From: an uncultured virus (IMG/VR IMGVR_UViG_3300044490_000560)
Lineage: Duplodnaviria; Heunggongvirae; Uroviricota; Caudoviricetes
Direction: 5' to 3' (one strand)
DNA length: 64,000 bases
IMG/VR virus record: IMGVR_UViG_3300044490_000560
Below the pieces are notes generated by a model. The model did not search any database, was not told the DNA's origin, and was given only the letters and a program-made list of their open reading frames with translations. Numbering within the stretch: the first letter of the stretch is position 1; every line of letters starts with the position of its first letter. Positions 1 to 8,525 of this stretch are shown here, in pieces. The position numbers and the translations under genes were made by a program.

Positions 1-245
1 GCGACTCAGCTACGTCACCCGCCCTGACACGACCGCCAAGGCCCTTGCTGGGACCGCGGGATCGACTGGACATCGTCACGTCGTGACGAAGAACTGACGA
101 AGCAGGGGGCCCCGCCACGTGAGGAAACTCACGTGAGCCTTTTCCACCTGGGCTCACAACACGAATGCCCGATGGTGGACCCGACGCTGGTCAAAGGGGT
201 AACTCCCGAGACTGGCGCCGCCTTTCATCTGTTCCCCTCCCCACA

Positions 246-277
246 AAGCCCCGGGCACCACGCCGGGGCTTCCCTTT
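246..277 (+). terminator. intrinsic terminator-like hairpin
   Basis: AAGCCCCGG...CCGGGGCTT stem followed by TCCCTTT. Confidence 0.5.
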
Positions 278-315
278 CGTGCGACCAAACCGTCAACCAC
301 AACGGAGGCGACACC

Positions 316-405
316 ATGATCCCGAAAGACCACGTTTCAGCCTTCATCATGGGGATATGCGTCGGGCTCACGATCGCCTACGTCGGGATCGCATTCATGT
401 TGTGA
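316..405 (+). CDS. small hydrophobic (single TM) peptide
   Basis: GGAGG RBS, then ATG at 316; C-terminal hydrophobic stretch AFIMGICVGLTIAYVGIAFML. Confidence 0.45.
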   Translation: MIPKDHVSAFIMGICVGLTIAYVGIAFML

Positions 406-556
406 ACCGTCGATGGCTCACGGTCAGCCGATAGTCAGGACCTCTGCACAGAGGAACAACGGACCGTACATTTTCCCTGAGTCTGTAATCACGCCTCCGG
501 TGGATACTGCGTGATGCTTCGAAGAACCGAGCTGATTGCAGCTCAGGGAGTCACCC

Positions 557-754
557 ATGGCCTGGGATCAATCACACGTCTTCCAGTACGCGCGATCCTC
601 CGGACTGTCCTTGTCCGAGCTAGGACGTCGTGGCGCACTCGCGAAAGCTCGGCGCACTCAGAGAGAACGTCAACGACAGCTCAATCTGAACCGACTTCCG
701 CGCTGTCCGAAGTGCCAAGGACCAGTTTCCCTTGGTGTTTGCCTGTACTGTTGA
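557..754 (+). CDS. small protein with C-terminal zinc ribbon
   Basis: GGAG RBS in GGAGTCACCCATG; CPKC...CLYC motif. Confidence 0.55.
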   Translation: MAWDQSHVFQYARSSGLSLSELGRRGALAKARRTQRERQRQLNLNRLPRCPKCQGPVSLGVCLYC

Positions 755-1360
755 GCCTCCGACGCAATGTCGGAGGCTACATTTTTGTATTTTCGGCGTT
801 CTTCACAAGTCCTACAGCGGCACGCATTTATCGACCCAAACTCCAGCTTGATGGTGATCCATTAGTGCAGTTGAAGCGACCCCCTGAAATGTTAACATGA
901 CTAGCGTTAAACAAAATCGGCAGAGGAGTTTACGCGGGGTTTGCGATGAGCGAAAAAGTCCGTTTGCAGTTCGTAGGGAAAGTCAGAGCCATAGATGGCA
1001 TTTTGGACCTAGGGGGGTATAGGTCTAAAATGGGGTATATAGGAAAGAGGTAGGGGACCGACGACAAACGGACTTTTTCGCGAAAAAATTTTCGGGGTCT
1101 TTTTTCGTCATAATGTCGTCAGTACCAGGGACTACCGACGATTGACCACGTGTCTTTGTTAACTTGAGCCCTTTTTCAGACCTCGAAAAACGGTCTTTTG
1201 AGCCCTGTCTCATATATGCGAAGAAACACATTCTCTTGCCTTTTTCACTACGTCTGAATGCTTCAGACCACCTCTGGCATGGCAGTTGCCTGCACCAGAA
1301 CGCCCCTCTTGGGCACACCCTCTCCGGTTATCCCGTCAGTCACCCTCAAAGGAGTCACCC

Positions 1361-1645
1361 ATGAACCGTCGTCACGATCACTTCAGCGCCGGCCACCTGG
1401 CCCGGTGGATCCGCCGCAACCCGCGCCAAGCCATGCAGGAAGGCTACGAGATCGACCCGGCCGTCTCCCGTACCATCCACCGCGAAGATCAGCTGGCGCG
1501 CGGGGGCAGCCGCTCCGAACGCAAGTTCCACTTCCGGCAGGCCCGCAAGGCCGCCCACAAGGTCAACGCGTCCTGGCGCCGCTATGCCGACGCGTGGCTG
1601 GCCTGGGCCGCCAGCGTGCCCCACCCCTCCTCCGCGAGATCGTAA
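1361..1645 (+). CDS. hypothetical basic protein
   Basis: Same GGAGTCACCCATG initiation context as 557; GC3-rich codons. Confidence 0.6.
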   Translation: MNRRHDHFSAGHLARWIRRNPRQAMQEGYEIDPAVSRTIHREDQLARGGSRSERKFHFRQARKAAHKVNASWRRYADAWLAWAASVPHPSSARS

Positions 1646-1655
1646 GGAAACCACC

Positions 1656-2117
1656 ATGTCCATTCCTACGAAGATCGTCTTCCTGGACGTCGACGGCGTC
1701 ATGAACTTCGACGGCACCAAGACCCGAAACCGCCACGGCGCCTACGGCATCGAGCCAGTATTGGCAGAGCGTGTCAAACGCATCCTGCGTACCGCCAACG
1801 CGGGCTACGTCCTCAGTTCGGCCTGGCGCAAATACCCCGACCTGAAGGCCGAGGTGCATGCCGCGCTGCAGCCCGACGGATGGCGCTTCGGGTGTACAGA
1901 TTGTAGCCCCAGAGGAGATCGGGCCGACGAGATTCAGAACTGGCTGTACGTCTACGGCCCCCGGGGTCCGGTGTACTTCGTCATCATCGATGACTGGAAC
2001 CTGGAGTCCAACTTCCCCGGGCACTGCGTCACGACCCACTCCACGATCGGCATTACGGAAGACGACGTCTCGAAGGCCCTGCGGATCCTCGAACGGCCGG
2101 CTACGTGGTCCTTCTGA
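1656..2117 (+). CDS. HAD-family phosphatase (Swiss-Army-knife RNA-repair type HAD domain)
   Basis: IVFLDVDGV (DxDG motif I), VLSSAWR, RADEIQNWL, FVIIDD, GIT motifs; AAGGA RBS. Confidence 0.85.
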   Translation: MSIPTKIVFLDVDGVMNFDGTKTRNRHGAYGIEPVLAERVKRILRTANAGYVLSSAWRKYPDLKAEVHAALQPDGWRFGCTDCSPRGDRADEIQNWLYVYGPRGPVYFVIIDDWNLESNFPGHCVTTHSTIGITEDDVSKALRILERPATWSF

Positions 2118-2166
2118 TACCGGACCGCTCACGTCCAGTAACGAAACCCTTCACAAGGAGTCCCCC

Positions 2167-2835
2167 ATGTGTCGATTCGCCTCGTTCAAGCACAACCCCA
2201 AGCTCGTTGAGGTCGTCGTGGCCGACTGGTTCAGCCACGGCAACACCGAAAAGCTGACCGGCAAGACGGAATTACAGGGATGGTATGATGGTCACTACCT
2301 CATGGATGGTGACATCGAATGCCGTGTTCCTGTCGGGGTTGACCGCGTCATGAAGGACTGGGTAAAGCGGCAATGGCCGACCTTCACCGACTTCATCGCC
2401 TGGGCGATCAGGAATGGCGCCGACATTACCGCCCGCAACGAAGACGGGTATACGGCGCTACACAAGGCCGCTGAGGTCGGGTTTGCAGACGTCGTTCGGG
2501 CGCTGCTTTCCGCCGGCGCCGACGCCAATGTCCGTACTAAAATCGGACAAACCGCGTTGATCGTCGCGTCCTTCTTCGGCTATGCGGAAGTCGTCCGTCT
2601 TCTGCTTGAGTTCAAAGCAGACGTCAATGCCCGAAATCAGTGGGGAAACACCGCGCTTCACAGGGCGGCTTTCGCCAATGAGGCGGATGTCGTACGCCTG
2701 CTCATCGACGCTAAAGCTGATCTCAACCTTCGCAACCTTCGCAACGACCAAGGCGTAACCGCGCTTCACGAAGCTGAAAGAAGGAACAACTTCGCTGTCG
2801 CTGAGATGCTGAAAATCGCCGGCGCCACACTGTAG
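2167..2835 (+). CDS. ankyrin-repeat protein with non-ankyrin N-terminal domain
   Basis: Four GxTALHxAA/GxTALxxA repeats with GADxNAR/ADVNAR linkers; AAGGAG RBS. Confidence 0.92.
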   Translation: MCRFASFKHNPKLVEVVVADWFSHGNTEKLTGKTELQGWYDGHYLMDGDIECRVPVGVDRVMKDWVKRQWPTFTDFIAWAIRNGADITARNEDGYTALHKAAEVGFADVVRALLSAGADANVRTKIGQTALIVASFFGYAEVVRLLLEFKADVNARNQWGNTALHRAAFANEADVVRLLIDAKADLNLRNLRNDQGVTALHEAERRNNFAVAEMLKIAGATL

Positions 2836-2843
2836 CCCATCCA

Positions 2844-2879
2844 GGCCGCCCCTTAACCGGGGCGGCCCCCGCCCCTTTT
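2844..2879 (+). terminator. hairpin, probable terminator
   Basis: GGCCGCCCC-TTAACC-GGGGCGGCC, with TTTT a few nt downstream. Confidence 0.45.
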
Positions 2880-2919
2880 GAACGACTCTCTGCGTACAAA
2901 CTAACCACAAGGAAACAGC

Positions 2920-3513
2920 ATGAAGACCTTCACAGCCCGCCTGCGCGGCACCCGTCGGAACGCCCAAGAGCCGCTGATGCTCAGTCATCAGGAACTGTGG
3001 ATGATCATGCGGGCCGCCGCCCGCGCGATCACGTTCTACGGAACGTCAACCCTCGATGCGGAAACCGGACACCTGATCAACGGCCGTCTCGCCGACATCT
3101 TCGGGGCGCTGACGCTGGACCCGGAACTTCAGATCGCGCACACGGATACCGAGTGGCAGGTGACGGCCAAGCTGTCCGTCGGGCATGTCCGCCTGGAGAC
3201 GGCCACGCAGCACACGCTTCGGCGGTGCGACGTGCTGGACATCCTCCAGGGCGCCGGCCGGATCGGCTTTCGCCAAGGCGGCACCTTCCACGCCGCTCTG
3301 GACGGGGCGACCCACCTGTCTCTCCGTCGCCAGATCGTGCTCGACCACGTTCAGTTGGACTCGGCGGGCAAGATGCGCGTGATGACGTCAGATTTCGCCC
3401 TCTGGAACGCCGCCAAGCACCTGGAACACCAGGATGACGGCACCGACGCCGGCCGCCGGCAGATCGCCGCCAGCAACGAACGGCGCCTTCTCAGCGCCGG
3501 GAGACCCGCATGA
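2920..3513 (+). CDS. hypothetical protein
   Basis: AAGGA RBS; ATGA overlap with next gene. Confidence 0.7.
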   Translation: MKTFTARLRGTRRNAQEPLMLSHQELWMIMRAAARAITFYGTSTLDAETGHLINGRLADIFGALTLDPELQIAHTDTEWQVTAKLSVGHVRLETATQHTLRRCDVLDILQGAGRIGFRQGGTFHAALDGATHLSLRRQIVLDHVQLDSAGKMRVMTSDFALWNAAKHLEHQDDGTDAGRRQIAASNERRLLSAGRPA

Positions 3514-3953
3514 AAAAGAAGTCCCACGTCGCCGAACGAACCATCGAAGGATCCACGCTGCAGGCCGCGCATGTGAATCCCGCCGTGATCGCGTGGCTGA
3601 TACAGCGGAAGGCCGTCCGGCTTCGGCCGGCCGGACAGTGGAAACCGAGGGTCAAAGGGCTGGGTTGGACCTATGCGCCGCCCGTCAACCGCGATCCGGA
3701 TGATCCGGTAGAACGGGCCCTGGTCGCCCAGGCTGTTCTGCAGGCCAAGAGCCGCCAGGCCAAGGAGGAGTTCCGTACCGCCCTGCGGCACATCTTCGCC
3801 GAACATGACATCCTGACGCGCCTTTCGCGCTGTGTCGAACCCGAAGCCGAAGACGTCTCGCAGTTTGTCCCCACCACGTCTCGTCCGCGAACGCGTGACG
3901 ACTTCGTCGAACAACACCGCCGAGCGACTTCACGAAAGGAGACGCATGCATAA
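3510..3953 (+). CDS. hypothetical protein
   Basis: GGAG RBS; translationally coupled. Confidence 0.65.
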   Translation: MKKKSHVAERTIEGSTLQAAHVNPAVIAWLIQRKAVRLRPAGQWKPRVKGLGWTYAPPVNRDPDDPVERALVAQAVLQAKSRQAKEEFRTALRHIFAEHDILTRLSRCVEPEAEDVSQFVPTTSRPRTRDDFVEQHRRATSRKETHA

Positions 3954-4344
3954 CGAGACAACACCCGCCCCGAACGGAAAGATCTGTTCGGGGTGCCGCT
4001 TCTTCCTCTCATACACCAGAACGAACACGAATGTTCACACCTGTAGCTGCGGCGAGACCCACGAGGCCACCAGCGAAGTCCGTGTTCATTACTGCCGACG
4101 GTTCCCGCGCCCCGAACCGTGCGAACCGGACGGGTGGTGCGGGGAGTTTCAGCCCATCGGAGGATCGCTCAGCGCGACCGCCAGCAACGAAGGCGGAACG
4201 TCGGGCGGACAAGAACAGGGCGAGCGTAGATGCGCGACGTGTAGGCACTGTGATTGTCCTACGACTCTCCCGCCGTGCTCCGAGTGTTTCGAGGAGTGGT
4301 CACCCCCTAAGTGGGAGCCGAAAGCGAAAGGAGCGACGCCATGA
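3946..4344 (+). CDS. Cys-rich phage protein (CxxC...CRRFP...WCGEF)
   Basis: AAGGAG RBS; multiple CxxC motifs. Confidence 0.65.
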   Translation: MHNETTPAPNGKICSGCRFFLSYTRTNTNVHTCSCGETHEATSEVRVHYCRRFPRPEPCEPDGWCGEFQPIGGSLSATASNEGGTSGGQEQGERRCATCRHCDCPTTLPPCSECFEEWSPPKWEPKAKGATP

Positions 4345-4670
4345 ACTGGTACGTTGGACGATGTAGCACCCAGGGCCTCGTTCTCGAAGAAACCACCGGC
4401 CGTACGATCGCGGTCTCCTTCGATTCCGCGAACGCCAAGCTGATCGCACAGGCCCCCGCCATGCGTGAGGCGCTGCGTGCGACCGCCGAATTGGCACGGG
4501 ATCTGATGGCACGCGCAACGCGCGCCGATCAGCTCTTGTGCGCCGCTCGAGGGTACGAATCCGCGGCCGAGGTCTGTGAGGTCGTGCAGATGCGGGCCCA
4601 ACTCAGCCGCAATGCGGCGCTGATCGCCGAGACCACCGAACCCGTAGATCAGAAAGGGACACCAAGATGA
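4341..4670 (+). CDS. hypothetical protein (ANAxLIAxAP motif)
   Basis: AAGGAG RBS; ANAKLIAQAP motif common in phage early proteins. Confidence 0.7.
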   Translation: MNWYVGRCSTQGLVLEETTGRTIAVSFDSANAKLIAQAPAMREALRATAELARDLMARATRADQLLCAARGYESAAEVCEVVQMRAQLSRNAALIAETTEPVDQKGTPR

Positions 4671-4921
4671 AGAAGACCATCCGGCGCGCGAGCGCGACCC
4701 CTCAGGGCCATTGTTCAGCATGCCGGTTCGCCTATGACGCGCCGTGGTTGGAACAGTGCCGCGGAGCCGGCGGCGAGCCGCCGAGCGAGGACGAATGGGT
4801 GTATGAGTGCCGGCGATACCCGCCACCGGGGCGGGTCGCCGAGAATGACGGCGCTGGTAGCACAGACGCCTGGCCTATGGTGATGGCGTGTGACTGGTGT
4901 GGAGAATGGAGGAAGCGATGA
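4667..4921 (+). CDS. Cys-rich phage protein (CxxC...CRRYPP...WP...DWCGEW)
   Basis: ATGA coupling; motif shared with 3946..4344. Confidence 0.7.
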   Translation: MKKTIRRASATPQGHCSACRFAYDAPWLEQCRGAGGEPPSEDEWVYECRRYPPPGRVAENDGAGSTDAWPMVMACDWCGEWRKR

Positions 4922-5469
4922 AACACGACAAGATCCGAGTCTTCCTCGACGCCAATCGGCTCGCACAAGAGGCCGTGGACGACCTTCGCGCGGCCAGACG
5001 CAAGCGCAGTCGATACGCTTGGCGGTTCGTTGGTCGCGCAAACGGTCCGCTGACCGCACGCCAAGTGCGTGTCGACGTTATGGTGCGCCTCTGTACGATC
5101 GGCCGTCAGCCAAGTGGAGGGTGGGTCGTGCGATTGTCGCGCGATCGCTTGTCGCACGAGTCGTTGTTCTCCAAGGGACAGGACCTGCGACGGCGCTTTC
5201 CGGCGCCATTCTTGTATGCCCGGGCGTTCCAGACGATCGTTCGCATGATCGAGCAGTACGTGCCGACGCTGGACATCGCGTTTGCGCGATCAGCTTTCTA
5301 TGACCGCTGTCACAAGGCGAACGTGGACAGCCGGGCCGACATCGAAACACTCGTCGCAGAAGGCGAGAAACTCGGGCACACCGCTGATTACGCCTCGGTT
5401 TCGCTGGCGGACATCGAGTACTGGACCGGCGTGCTGTTTCCCGACGGCGCCGATCGGGCGAAAGGGTAA
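4918..5469 (+). CDS. hypothetical protein
   Basis: GGAGG RBS; ATGA coupling. Confidence 0.65.
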   Translation: MKHDKIRVFLDANRLAQEAVDDLRAARRKRSRYAWRFVGRANGPLTARQVRVDVMVRLCTIGRQPSGGWVVRLSRDRLSHESLFSKGQDLRRRFPAPFLYARAFQTIVRMIEQYVPTLDIAFARSAFYDRCHKANVDSRADIETLVAEGEKLGHTADYASVSLADIEYWTGVLFPDGADRAKG

Positions 5470-5580
5470 TCCGCCATCACGGCGGGCAGAAACACAGCCG
5501 TCAGATCAAATCAATCATCCGAAGCCCCCTCGCAGTCCGCCGTGGCCGGCGGTCGACGGGGGCTTCCAAAGGAAAAAGCC

Positions 5581-5910
5581 ATGGGTATCAAGCGCAACTT
5601 CTGGAAAAACTTGATCAATCGTGTAACGCAGCTGGTGCATCGGTCGGTCAAACGGCCGATCGTGATCGCCGAGGCAGACCGCCGGCTGGCCCACGCCTGC
5701 CGCGCCACCGCACGCCAGGTGAAGGGCGTCCGGCCGGCGCCGGGACTGCTAGCCATGCTGGAGTTTCATGCCAAGGCGGTGCTGGCGGGCCGGGGAAAGC
5801 CCGGTGAGCTGCACGCCCAGGCCGAAGCAATCAACACCAACGCCGTCGGGAACGACTCGCCCGCCCGGCACGTGCACCCGCGTCACAAGCGCGTCCCGGG
5901 GGTCGCATAA
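5581..5910 (+). CDS. hypothetical basic protein
   Basis: AAGGA RBS after structured intergenic region. Confidence 0.6.
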   Translation: MGIKRNFWKNLINRVTQLVHRSVKRPIVIAEADRRLAHACRATARQVKGVRPAPGLLAMLEFHAKAVLAGRGKPGELHAQAEAINTNAVGNDSPARHVHPRHKRVPGVA

Positions 5911-5949
5911 GACCGCGCTGAACGAGTGCGACGCGACGGAGAAAACCTT

Positions 5950-6330
5950 ATGACCGAACAACAGTGGGCCGCATTGACACCGGTCGACCAATTGACGGCG
6001 CTCTGCGAGGCGCTCGGCTACGAGCGTCGGCCGGACGGCAAGCGCTGGCGCTCATCGAACCGTCGTGCGTGGTACACGTGGCGCTGGTTCAATCCGCGCA
6101 GTGGGCAGTATCACTATAGTTCCGAGCTGCCAAACCTGCTCTTTAGCATGGACCTGCTGCGACCGCACGAGCTTCACGCAGTCTGGCCGCAACGGTATGG
6201 GCCGTGGCGGCAGCTGCTGGAATCCATCGTTGTGCGGAATGGTGGGCAGGGCGGAGTCCTGTTCGCCAACGCCGAAGAGCGCGCCGAAGCACTGGCGCGC
6301 CTGCTACTCACCGAGGCCAAGTCTGGTTGA
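5950..6330 (+). CDS. hypothetical protein
   Basis: GGAG RBS. Confidence 0.6.
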   Translation: MTEQQWAALTPVDQLTALCEALGYERRPDGKRWRSSNRRAWYTWRWFNPRSGQYHYSSELPNLLFSMDLLRPHELHAVWPQRYGPWRQLLESIVVRNGGQGGVLFANAEERAEALARLLLTEAKSG

Positions 6331-6349
6331 TCAAGAAAGGAGACTTTCG

Positions 6350-6727
6350 ATGCCGTACAAGACCGTCTGGGTAAACCCCGCCGTGGCGCTGCGGGTGCGA
6401 GTCTCCAACTCGTTACAGCCGATCGTCGTGTACCATGCGTATGCGGACGATGATTTCGAGGACAACTCGCTGACCAAGTATCGCTTTCTGTGGGACCGTA
6501 ACGGGTCATTCGTTGATTCGTTCGACGTCCGAGACTTACCTGGTTGGGTCGACTGTCCGCATCCGCCTTTCTGCACGGGTGACGGCAACACGCCCGAAAA
6601 TCGCGCCGCCTGGGACGTCTGGCACAAGAATCAGGTCGAACTGAAGTACATCCGGGCCTTTCTGCGCCGGGAGATCCTGATCGGCCGATTGCGGCCGCCC
6701 AAGGAGAAAGCCAATGACAAAGCGTGA
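6350..6727 (+). CDS. hypothetical protein
   Basis: AAGGAG RBS. Confidence 0.65.
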   Translation: MPYKTVWVNPAVALRVRVSNSLQPIVVYHAYADDDFEDNSLTKYRFLWDRNGSFVDSFDVRDLPGWVDCPHPPFCTGDGNTPENRAAWDVWHKNQVELKYIRAFLRREILIGRLRPPKEKANDKA

Positions 6728-7118
6728 AAAGGATCGCCGGCAACGCTTGATGCCACGCGGCATTCCGCGTTGGGTTCGGTGTTACGACAACGGCGGCCCC
6801 GGCGTGCCGGGCGGTTCCGGCGACCGCTACACCGTCTGCTTCACGGGGGCCGCCGTCGTAGGGCGGTCCCCCGGCTACTCGTCGGAGCACTACTTCCGCG
6901 GCATGAGTGCGGATCCGTTCTGGCCCCAGGGGATTGGCCTCTGGGGGTCGAATCCGAACTGCGCGTGCGACTCGCTCAACGGCAAGCGACCGCCGGCGCT
7001 CGGGCGCCGGTGTCATCTGGGGGTGCGGATCCGTTTTCAGGACCTGCCGCCGGATTGCCGCCGGTTGATCCGGCGGGACTACTGCGAGTTGTGGAACCTG
7101 AAAGGAAAATCGTCATGA
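6714..7118 (+). CDS. conserved phage hypothetical protein (YDNGG...DRYTV motif)
   Basis: AAGGAG RBS; RCYDNGG, DRYTV, HLGxRIxFxDLP motifs. Confidence 0.75.
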   Translation: MTKREKDRRQRLMPRGIPRWVRCYDNGGPGVPGGSGDRYTVCFTGAAVVGRSPGYSSEHYFRGMSADPFWPQGIGLWGSNPNCACDSLNGKRPPALGRRCHLGVRIRFQDLPPDCRRLIRRDYCELWNLKGKSS

Positions 7119-7576
7119 CCTTTGGAGTCATTTTCACCGTGGACATAATTGGCGACGACGAAGGACCGTTCTCGCCGCGCTCGGTACACTTGAGCGACTT
7201 CGATCCCAAGAAGCGGCTGAAGCACCCACGCGGGACGTGGCGTCGAACTGAAGCCGGCTCGCCTCAGCAGGACTATGACTTCCCGATTAGCGCCCACGGC
7301 AAGTGGGTGGCGCTGCTCACGAAAGAGCAGTTTCGGGAGTTCTGGGACATGGCCGGCTTTGAGATCCAATCACTGTCTGAGACCTGCGGCGCTTTGGGGA
7401 TGCCCGGGAGCGAGCTGTGGTACGGGTGCGTGCCGGCTTGGTCCGTCGACGCTCCGTGCCAAGACGCGCTGATCAATGCTTACTTCACGCCGTGGCCGAA
7501 CGTCCAAAGGAAGTCGGGTGTCGCCGACCGTCCGGCAACGTGGGGCCGAGTCAAGAAGGCCCTGCGGGCGTGGTAA
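7115..7576 (+). CDS. hypothetical protein
   Basis: AAGGA RBS; ATGA coupling. Confidence 0.65.
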   Translation: MTFGVIFTVDIIGDDEGPFSPRSVHLSDFDPKKRLKHPRGTWRRTEAGSPQQDYDFPISAHGKWVALLTKEQFREFWDMAGFEIQSLSETCGALGMPGSELWYGCVPAWSVDAPCQDALINAYFTPWPNVQRKSGVADRPATWGRVKKALRAW

Positions 7577-7586
7577 GGAGGACTCG

Positions 7587-8072
7587 ATGACCGCACAAAC
7601 TTTCGCCTTCGCCCGAAACCAGCTTCACATGGCCGTTGAGCGCCGGCGAGCACGCGAGTCCAGACCGTTGCCCACGTTGGACAGGATGGCGGAGCTGTAT
7701 ATCAAGCTGCGGCGGTTCCTGGTCGTAGACGGTGTCACGGACAAAACCCGCAACTTGATGGCCACAGAGAGGTTTCTGCAGGAGGGCATTGTACCGCGGT
7801 TCGCCCGGCCGGATTACGGCAACGCTTCGCCGCGCGGTTTCCAGTACGGCTCGTATTTTGGCCATGCCGTACGTTGGCGTCCGGAACAGTCGGTGTCGCC
7901 GGGACAAAGCACGACACGACCGCTGTTGTTCTGCGAGTTCTTGGCGGCGTACGACTACCCAGCCGGGAGTGCTTCTGTCCGGCTAACCGTAGGCGCAGAA
8001 GTTCACAGCCAGGACGACTCGGAGCGAAACGCCCGTGCCCAGTGGTATCTGAAGAGCAAAGGACTTCGTTGA
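7587..8072 (+). CDS. hypothetical protein
   Basis: TAAGGAGG RBS. Confidence 0.65.
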   Translation: MTAQTFAFARNQLHMAVERRRARESRPLPTLDRMAELYIKLRRFLVVDGVTDKTRNLMATERFLQEGIVPRFARPDYGNASPRGFQYGSYFGHAVRWRPEQSVSPGQSTTRPLLFCEFLAAYDYPAGSASVRLTVGAEVHSQDDSERNARAQWYLKSKGLR

Positions 8073-8097
8073 CGTCGGCGTCAAGAACGCGTATCAT
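8069..8097 (+). promoter_or_regulatory. sigma70-type promoter of tmRNA
   Basis: TTGACG (8069-8074), 17-nt spacer, TATCAT (8092-8097), 14 nt upstream of the mature 5' end. Confidence 0.8.
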
Positions 8098-8111
8098 CTG
8101 TACCAACCTAT

Positions 8112-8507
8112 GGGGCCGTACTGGTTTCGACCCGGTGTGACACGAACAGGTGCAGCGAGGCTTCGCCCGCAGAGCCATAATCTGCGAGCAACACCAAAGG
8201 CCAACGACAACATCGTTGACTTCCGCCTTCCTGGTCAGCTTCGGCTGGCCGCGTAAGCGCGGCCCACGCGTCGTCGCCGGTGCGGCGCGCGGGTACCTGA
8301 TCGCCGGACGATGCCCGGGTGGATCCCGGGACGCGCACGCCCGCCGGCGTGCTGGTGGAGGGTGATGCAGTCCCTACCAGGGACCGTTTCGCCCCCGGTC
8401 GCGCCCAGACCTAGAAATGGGCTGCCGCCCGAGCCGGGCGGCCAAGCTGTGGATGACCTGTGAGTTAAACGCTGGGGACGCGGGTTCGATTCCCGCCGGC
8501 TCCACCA
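8112..8507 (+). ncRNA. ssrA: tmRNA (transfer-messenger RNA), 396 nt
   Basis: 5' GGGGCCGTACTGGTTTCGAC; 3' T-arm GCGGGTTCGATTCCCGC and CGGCTCCACCA; acceptor stem GGGGCCG/CGGCTCC with the G3:U Ala identity pair; tag ORF 8200-8256 ANDNIVDFRLPGQLRLAA*. Confidence 0.95.
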
Positions 8508-8525
8508 ACCCAAGGAAGACCAACC

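Noticed and set aside
94..135. Hammerhead ribozyme (CTGACGA...GAAA)
   Set aside because: The GAAA is the tetraloop of a separate hairpin and no stem II closes between the two core motifs.
1236..1262. sigma70 promoter for the early array (TTGCCT...AATGCT)
   Set aside because: Spacing of about 15 nt and a weak -10; not supportable.
8470..8507. tRNA-Ala or attP/attR fragment
   Set aside because: It is the 3' tRNA-like half of the full tmRNA; no integrase or duplicated 3' end is seen, and both flanks are phage-like.
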